Assembly (NCBI GenBank): GCA_003599815.1
Contig: QZJZ01000005.1
Coordinates: 33,410 to 97,409 of the forward strand
Length of the DNA stretch: 64,000 nucleotides
Direction of reading: 5' to 3'
Source: Candidatus Auribacter fodinae
GTDB lineage: Bacteria; Auribacterota; Auribacteria; Auribacterales; Auribacteraceae
Positions 58,413 through 64,000 of the stretch are shown here, one piece after another. Numbering within the stretch: position 1 is the first letter of the stretch; every line of letters begins with the position of its first letter. The position numbers were made by a program, and so were the translations under genes. The notes beneath the pieces were generated by a model. The model did not search any database. It was not told where the DNA came from and saw only the letters and a list, made by a program, of their open reading frames with translations.

Positions 58413-59888
58413 TTACTGAACGAACGTTCCAAAAATTATTCCACTGATCGTTGCCATAGCGATTACCAGCGATACAAACACAACCGTTTTCTGAGTGCCC
58501 ATAACACTGCGGATTACCAGCATATTCGGAAGGCTGAGCGCAGGCCCTGCAAGAAGCAATGCCAGCGCAGGCCCCTTGCCCATTCCCGCGCCGAGAAGGC
58601 CCTGCAAAATAGGTACTTCTGTAAGAGTCGCAAAGTACATGAACGCTCCGGCAACCGACGCGAACAGGTTAGCCCACAGGGAATTGCCGCCAACAGCTTT
58701 CGCTACCCATTCGGACGGAATGAGCCCTTCATGACCCGGCCTGCCCAGCAATGCTCCGGCAATGACAACACCGAAAAACAAAAGCGGTAAAATTTGTTTG
58801 GCGAACGTCCATGTTGAGCTGAACCACTCTTCAGATTCACCTTTTGTTGTGCTTGTTGCCCACGAAAGTGCAATTACTCCGGCAGTGAACGGTATCATTA
58901 TCATCATGCCTTCCATCGGTAAAGCAATAGCAAGAATACCTGCCGGAACCGCTCCCGCCAGAATTTTCCAGATCGGTATGGCGAACCATATTATCAATAT
59001 CATCGCCAGCGCAACGCTAAACACAGCTGTTATTATCCATTTATTACTCCAGATGGTTGTCCAGAGCCCCGGAACGGGCTGTTTGCTCGCAATATCACCG
59101 GATGGTATCTCTAGTTGAGTTCCCGCCTGATCGCCATCTGTCAGCTTGACAGTATAGAATCCTGTATCTCCGGTTCCGTGTTCCGGCGACGTCACCACAG
59201 CCGCCCTAAGAGTATTCCCCTCGGTTGTTTCAAAATAAAAATCGTTTGGAGCTCCCCAGTTAGCGAATACCAGCACTCCGATCATCACAGCGAAGAACAC
59301 GGCGTTCTGCCAGAGCGGGCGGGCAACTTCAGGTTCAGGCATATGCATCTGTCCGTTCGCTTTTTCCAGTTCTTCCTTTCGATATATAAGATGCATAATC
59401 AGTCCGATGATGACGCTGAATCCAACAGCTCCAACGGCACGGGCAATACCCAGCTCAATACCGAGTATTCTGGCGGTCAGAATGATCGCGAGGATGTTGA
59501 TTGCCGGGCCGGAATATAAAAACGCAGTGGCAGGGCCAAGCCCGGCTCCTCTGCGGTATATACCTGAGAACAAAGGCAGTATCGTACAGGAACAGACGGC
59601 AAGAACGGTACCCGAAACCGCCGCTACTCCATAAGCCAGTATTTTATTTGCCTTTGCACCGAGGTATTTCATTACCGCCGCATGACTTACAAATACCGAT
59701 ATTGCCCCTGCGATAAAAAACGCGGGTACAAGGCATAACAGGACATGTTCCTGTGCGTACCACTTAACAAGGTACAAAGATTCCATTACCGCGTTGTCAA
59801 AACGAGCCCATCCTAATGGAAGATAAAAACATGCCAGAAAAACGATCCCTATTGTCGCCAGTTTTTTCCATTCTTCTTTCCACTCCAC
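58413..59888 (-). CDS. ArsP-family (DUF318) permease, long form with ~100-aa inserted soluble loop
   Basis: VLAVCSCTILPLF matches the conserved ArsP TM CxC motif. 491 aa versus ~350 typical. A hydrophilic insert sits around ETTEGNTLRAAVVTSPEHGTGDTGFYTVKLTDGDQAGTQL. Confidence 0.6.
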   Translation of the reverse strand: MEWKEEWKKLATIGIVFLACFYLPLGWARFDNAVMESLYLVKWYAQEHVLLCLVPAFFIAGAISVFVSHAAVMKYLGAKANKILAYGVAAVSGTVLAVCSCTILPLFSGIYRRGAGLGPATAFLYSGPAINILAIILTARILGIELGIARAVGAVGFSVIIGLIMHLIYRKEELEKANGQMHMPEPEVARPLWQNAVFFAVMIGVLVFANWGAPNDFYFETTEGNTLRAAVVTSPEHGTGDTGFYTVKLTDGDQAGTQLEIPSGDIASKQPVPGLWTTIWSNKWIITAVFSVALAMILIIWFAIPIWKILAGAVPAGILAIALPMEGMMIMIPFTAGVIALSWATSTTKGESEEWFSSTWTFAKQILPLLFFGVVIAGALLGRPGHEGLIPSEWVAKAVGGNSLWANLFASVAGAFMYFATLTEVPILQGLLGAGMGKGPALALLLAGPALSLPNMLVIRSVMGTQKTVVFVSLVIAMATISGIIFGTFVQ

Positions 59889-59993
59889 GTCTTTGCTCCT
59901 TGTTGGTGTTTCGATGTTTCCGGTACGACAGTGATTAATCGAACTGTTCGTATTTAATTAGCTGTTTTGCTATTTGGATTTTGCAAAAAAATT

Positions 59994-60332
59994 TTAGCCG
60001 CAGATCCTTGTCCTGTCTGCTTTGCCTGCCTCGGTTTTATCTTTCATGATAATAGCGTCATCATTAAGCCATTCCCGAATATTGCTCAATAGGATTCTTC
60101 CATATGCGGTATCTGCGGTTATTACATAATAATTAGTCCAGAAACCATCCTGTTCAGAGTTGATTAATCCCGCGGATTTGAGTTTGTTCAGGTGTCGAGA
60201 CACGCTTGGCTGAGTAATCCCGATCACCTGCGCAAGTTCACAAACACACATTTTTCTATCTTGCAGGAGTTTAACGATTCTCAACCTGTTTTTGTCCGCC
60301 AGCGCTTTCAGGCATTTTTCCAGTTCTTTCAT
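59994..60332 (-). CDS. arsR: ArsR/SmtB-family metalloregulator
   Basis: Winged HTH with CVCELAQVIGITQPSVSRHL, the ArsR-type C-V-C metalloid site. Confidence 0.85.
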   Translation of the reverse strand: MKELEKCLKALADKNRLRIVKLLQDRKMCVCELAQVIGITQPSVSRHLNKLKSAGLINSEQDGFWTNYYVITADTAYGRILLSNIREWLNDDAIIMKDKTEAGKADRTRICG

Positions 60333-60350
60333 TCATCCCTCTTTTTTAAA

Positions 60351-60364
60351 TAGCATTTTTGCTA
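60351..60364. promoter_or_regulatory. Candidate ArsR operator: TAGCA-tttt-TGCTA inverted repeat
   Basis: Perfect 5-bp arms about 19 nt upstream of the arsR ATG. Confidence 0.3.
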
Positions 60365-60522
60365 TATAGTCTCTTATATAAGACGTCAAAGTCAACAAAA
60401 AGTTTAAGAAATTGATGTTATGATGGATCAGTTGAGATTAGGGAAAATAGGTTTTATTTGTTAGATATGAGGCTGTTATCAAGTCGCGCTGAAAATTTTA
60501 TTCTGGAAACGAGGGAGAAGTT

Positions 60523-61023
60523 TCAGGTGGCAGTATTCTTATCTGTAAACCGATCGTCGGCGCAGTGATGAGTCACGCCCTGTGTTTTGTCGGCAAGCCA
60601 TCCGTCTTTTGTTGTTGCGTACCAGTCAAATGTACGGGCATAGGGTTTGATATCAAGTAACGGGGTTCCGTCGACAATATCTATGTTTTTTATATGGAGC
60701 ACATTTTTCTCAATTCGCATCAATTCTACCACAGAAATTCCGATGCCGTTCGGACGCTTCGGCGCTCTGGTCGCGAATACGCCATGCGAGGCGGCATCCA
60801 GAAACGGTTTGACAGTTAATGAATAGCCCTTTGATAAATGGAAATAATAAATCAGATATATATGCGAAAACCTGTCGAGTGAAGCGAGCCCTTCCATATA
60901 TTCAGGATATACTTCTACTGTTCCCAACGCACCTTGAGATAACGACGGCTGAATCGGTACGCCAACGGTTCCTCTGAACAGCGAATGAATGATTCCAATA
61001 GGTGAGAAAGCTATCGTATCCAT
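60523..61023 (-). CDS. TsaA/TrmO-family SAM-dependent methyltransferase (YaeB-like)
   Basis: PIGIIHSLF...GVPIQP...VEVYPEYMEGL...FSHIYLIYYFH matches TrmO N-terminal domain motifs. Confidence 0.7.
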   Translation of the reverse strand: MDTIAFSPIGIIHSLFRGTVGVPIQPSLSQGALGTVEVYPEYMEGLASLDRFSHIYLIYYFHLSKGYSLTVKPFLDAASHGVFATRAPKRPNGIGISVVELMRIEKNVLHIKNIDIVDGTPLLDIKPYARTFDWYATTKDGWLADKTQGVTHHCADDRFTDKNTAT

Positions 61024-61032
61024 AAAAATGCC

Positions 61033-61353
61033 TCAAAAGGTGACAACCCTGTCGCTTTCCTTTACGATATCATACATGTCTTTCATAGTAGAGATCGGGC
61101 ACATTTCGGAGTTTTCCTGTTCCCTGCTTTTGATGCATGTTCCGCAGGCATAAACTTTACCGCCGGCGTTCATAAACTTTTCAGCTTGCTCAACAGTATT
61201 GAATTTAGTGGTGCTGATTTTCTGGTATTCAACGCCTTTGCCCATAAAAAATACTTTAACCGCATCGCCTTGTCCAAGCGCGAAATTCCCGTAACGCAAC
61301 GCATTCCAGCATGTCTCCGCATCGTTGTTGGCAATGATAATCCCTAGTTTCAT
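61033..61353 (-). CDS. DsrE/DsrF-like family protein
   Basis: 106 aa: MKLGIIIANND...VKVFFMGKGV...VYACGTCIK. Confidence 0.55.
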   Translation of the reverse strand: MKLGIIIANNDAETCWNALRYGNFALGQGDAVKVFFMGKGVEYQKISTTKFNTVEQAEKFMNAGGKVYACGTCIKSREQENSEMCPISTMKDMYDIVKESDRVVTF

Positions 61354-61925
61354 TTGCTATCTCCTTTTTTTAAAACAATTCCGTAGTGATACGGTTTTAA
61401 ATCATGCAGTTCCTGTTTAACAAACCCTGCTTTTTTCGCCCATTGAATGCACATTTCCGGTGTCGGCCTTATATTCATGGAAGGGCCTCGCGGCGTCGCA
61501 GGGTCGTGATTCCAGTGAATTATGCCAAGCTTTCCGTTGTGCCTGAGTATCCGAAACGATTCATTGAGCATAATTTCAGGGCGTTCAATATGAAGAATAT
61601 TAAAGAGCATGACATAATCAACACTGTCATTCGATAACCCTGTGCCTTCCAACATGAAATCGCGGAGCAGTGTTTTTATATTATGCAGTCCGCGCACTGC
61701 GGCTTCATTGGCGGCCTGCTCAATCATTTCTTTTTCAATGTCTATGGCGTATACCGTTCCTCGAATTAGTTGTGCCGCAGGTATTGTAAACGTACCGTAC
61801 CCGCATCCGAATTCTACAACGTCCTGTACACGGTTGTCTATACCCATTGTTTTCAGTAACGCTTTCGGATCGAAGAAGGTTTCCCACATTTCTTTCTGCG
61901 GCATACCGCTTTCTCTGCCTTTCAC
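61350..61925 (-). CDS. Class-I SAM-dependent methyltransferase
   Basis: VVEFGCGYGTFT (motif I) and VMLFNILH. Overlaps the upstream gene by 4 nt. Confidence 0.7.
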   Translation of the reverse strand: MKGRESGMPQKEMWETFFDPKALLKTMGIDNRVQDVVEFGCGYGTFTIPAAQLIRGTVYAIDIEKEMIEQAANEAAVRGLHNIKTLLRDFMLEGTGLSNDSVDYVMLFNILHIERPEIMLNESFRILRHNGKLGIIHWNHDPATPRGPSMNIRPTPEMCIQWAKKAGFVKQELHDLKPYHYGIVLKKGDSK

Positions 61926-61973
61926 GCCTGATCTCCCTCTTAAGAAGTTCTTTGCGAGAATGTTCTCATTATG

Positions 61974-63197
61974 CTAAAACAGCTGAAGGACGTATCCAAG
62001 CAGAGATCCTCCGACGACGAGCCAGATGGCGCTGATCTTGCTGTATCGTATCGCGATAGCGGCGCTCAAACCCGCTATAAGAGCTGTTTTCCAATTTGTT
62101 ACCGCCGCAATCGACAGTTGCATCACGACTGCCGCCATAATGCCGACTGCGCTGATATTTACGGCATCCAGAAATTTTGAAGCCCATTGCGACTGCCGTA
62201 ATTTCGGGATAAGCGGATTAAGAAGGACAACGAACAAAAATGACGGCAAGAAAATGCCGACCGTAGCGGCAACAGCTCCCTGAATTCCGTTAATCTGATA
62301 CCCGATGAAGGTCGATGTGGATAAAACAGGCCCCGGCGTGAACTGCCCAACCGCGACGGCATCGAGCAATTGAGCCTGCGTCAGCCAGCCCAGCCGCTCA
62401 ACAAGCTCTCCTTCGAGATAGGCTATCAGCACATAACCGCTTCCAAAAAGGATGCATCCTATTTTCAGAAATGACAAAAATAACTGTGACACGGAAAAAG
62501 CCGCGCCAGCCGCAGAAGCTGTAATAACTGCCAGCGGTGAAAGCTGTGTTAAAGGAAGAGGGAAAAGGCTGAAGTTTCCTTTTTTGGAAGGTGATACTCT
62601 CAGATTCAGCCACACCATACCGATCAGCCCGCCACCGAGAATAGCGGTAAACTCATTTATTCCGAACAGGACGCAAGCCATTACAGCAGAGCCGATAATC
62701 CCCAGTTCCCATCCCTTCAGCGCTTTTTGGCCGAGTTTTAGGACTGCGCCGATGATAACCGCTATAACTGCGGGTCGGATACCGTAGAAAAACGGTTCAA
62801 CCGCAGGTAAATGTCCATATTTAACGTACGCGTACGCCAGAATGCCTGTTAATGTTACCGCCGGAAAAATAAAACAGGCTCCCGCAATAATCAGCCCCAA
62901 AAAACCTGCACGGTGAAACCCGCAATGGATTGCCATTTCCGTTGAATTGGGACCGGGGATCAGGTTTGTCGCGCCGACAAGGTCAAGGAAATGTTCCCGT
63001 GTCATCCATTGCCGTTTCGCGACAACTTCATCTTCCATCATGGCAATATGAGCGGCAGGACCGCCGAACGCGATAAATCCGAGCTTTAGAAAAAGAAGCG
63101 CGACCTCTTTTAATGTATCCAGTTTAAAATTTGACATATGCTGAACTCCTTTAGGATACGGCGAATTGGTGAATGCGTATATAGTACGACCAAACAA
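61974..63197 (-). CDS. chrA: Full-length chromate transporter ChrA (two CHR repeats)
   Basis: 407 aa. IAFGGPAAHIAMMEDEVV...LIPGPNSTEMA in the first half and a repeated motif in the second half. Confidence 0.8.
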   Translation of the reverse strand: MFGRTIYAFTNSPYPKGVQHMSNFKLDTLKEVALLFLKLGFIAFGGPAAHIAMMEDEVVAKRQWMTREHFLDLVGATNLIPGPNSTEMAIHCGFHRAGFLGLIIAGACFIFPAVTLTGILAYAYVKYGHLPAVEPFFYGIRPAVIAVIIGAVLKLGQKALKGWELGIIGSAVMACVLFGINEFTAILGGGLIGMVWLNLRVSPSKKGNFSLFPLPLTQLSPLAVITASAAGAAFSVSQLFLSFLKIGCILFGSGYVLIAYLEGELVERLGWLTQAQLLDAVAVGQFTPGPVLSTSTFIGYQINGIQGAVAATVGIFLPSFLFVVLLNPLIPKLRQSQWASKFLDAVNISAVGIMAAVVMQLSIAAVTNWKTALIAGLSAAIAIRYSKISAIWLVVGGSLLGYVLQLF

Positions 63198-63306
63198 ATA
63201 TGATGCGAGTTCTATTATCGTGATATATGGAGATACAGCAAGCAGATAATCCCGTCTCTAATGAGACAGAACAAGAGGAGCATACGCATTTCATTAAGAG
63301 CGGGGA

Positions 63307-63981
63307 TTATATCCTGCTTCGTTTTCTGAACAATAGCCCCGTTATGGCGGCAATAATCAGCCCGGCGGACGCGGGTTCAGGTACCGCAGGCGGCTCAACC
63401 GGCGGTTCAGGATCAGTAAAATGACCGGTAATGATAAAATTCTGTATTGTAACTATATCGTATCCTTCGTAATCATTAGCATTAACGCGCAGGTATACCA
63501 CATCGCCTTCATTGAGCGACACGTTTGTTTTGGTCAATGTTGATGTTGCCTGTTTCGCGTTGTATTTGCTGACAAGAACCGTAGAAAATTTCTGCAGATA
63601 AAAATACTGCCCGTTGCCGTACTGCGCGGCTTCAGGTGTTGTGTTTGAGTTCCATAAGGTAACTGAAAAGTCGTATACGCCGGTTTCCGGGGCGTAGAAC
63701 GCGATTGTGGGATCGCTTGCCAGCCCGGGGTGCAGGTAGCTGTAATCGATCATGAACCAACCGTCGTTTCCTGAGCCCGGATAGGTGGTTCCGGTAATCC
63801 ATCGGGTTGAGGATGCATACCAGTTCAGACTGCCGGAATATGTTGTATGGGTCGTGGATCCTTCCGGCGCTTTGAAATAGTCCCATACGCCTATATTACC
63901 ATGCTCGTCATTATCCGATTTCGCGCCGACACCCCATCCGGTGCGTTCAAGGTAGTCCCATGTGATATCATAGGCATGCAC
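63307..63981 (-). CDS. PEP-CTERM sorting-domain protein, N-terminus cut by the window edge; paralog of 8868-9569
   Basis: The reverse frame is open to the window end. C-terminal PEPPVEPPAVPEPASAGLIIAAITGLLFRKRSRI. Shares the WDY...TWG, FYLQK and Q.F..TG.F.DP blocks with the gene at 8868. Confidence 0.7.
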   Translation of the reverse strand: MHAYDITWDYLERTGWGVGAKSDNDEHGNIGVWDYFKAPEGSTTHTTYSGSLNWYASSTRWITGTTYPGSGNDGWFMIDYSYLHPGLASDPTIAFYAPETGVYDFSVTLWNSNTTPEAAQYGNGQYFYLQKFSTVLVSKYNAKQATSTLTKTNVSLNEGDVVYLRVNANDYEGYDIVTIQNFIITGHFTDPEPPVEPPAVPEPASAGLIIAAITGLLFRKRSRI

Positions 63982-64000
63982 AGTACCACAAAAAACGAGT

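Noticed and set aside
1-64000. CRISPR arrays, rRNA or tRNA genes, and integrase/transposase/IS elements
   Set aside because: No direct-repeat/spacer periodicity, no rRNA-like conserved stretches, and no ORF with recombinase or transposase motifs were seen. The short palindromes found are single-copy.

Overview
This 64-kb window appears to be a bacterial (Gram-negative, diderm-type) accessory/cell-envelope region with ~50% GC and roughly 50 genes. No rRNA, tRNA or CRISPR was detected by eye.

Main blocks, in order:
(i) 1-8.7 kb: a glycan-modification cluster. It holds a radical-SAM fusion gene that runs off the 5' edge and is absent from the ORF track, an AsnB-type amidotransferase, a double O-methyltransferase fusion and a glycosyltransferase-methyltransferase fusion.
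(ii) A PEP-CTERM cargo gene, followed on the opposite strand by a 2619-aa secreted giant protein. Its repeat region has an approximately 234-aa tandem periodicity, and each unit carries a sigma-70 region-4-like helix-turn-helix.
(iii) Further SAM methyltransferases, a hybrid histidine kinase coupled to a periplasmic binding protein, and a Wzx-type flippase.
(iv) A pstSCAB phosphate-uptake operon with unusually long PstC and PstA.
(v) A multi-PAS histidine kinase, an Fe-alcohol dehydrogenase, a wzm/wzt ABC polysaccharide exporter, one GT1 and two tandem GT2 genes.
(vi) A second hybrid kinase, split YeeE/YedE plus TusA, a double zf-TFIIB protein interrupted by an in-frame TGA at a conserved Trp, and an ECF sigma / anti-sigma / Spy-CpxP module.
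(vii) Three more PEP-CTERM genes, TrkH and CPA2 transporters, three chromate-transporter genes, and an arsR-controlled ArsP/thioredoxin/DGC island with TrmO, DsrE-like and methyltransferase genes. A fifth PEP-CTERM paralog is cut by the 3' edge.

No exosortase gene is present in the window.
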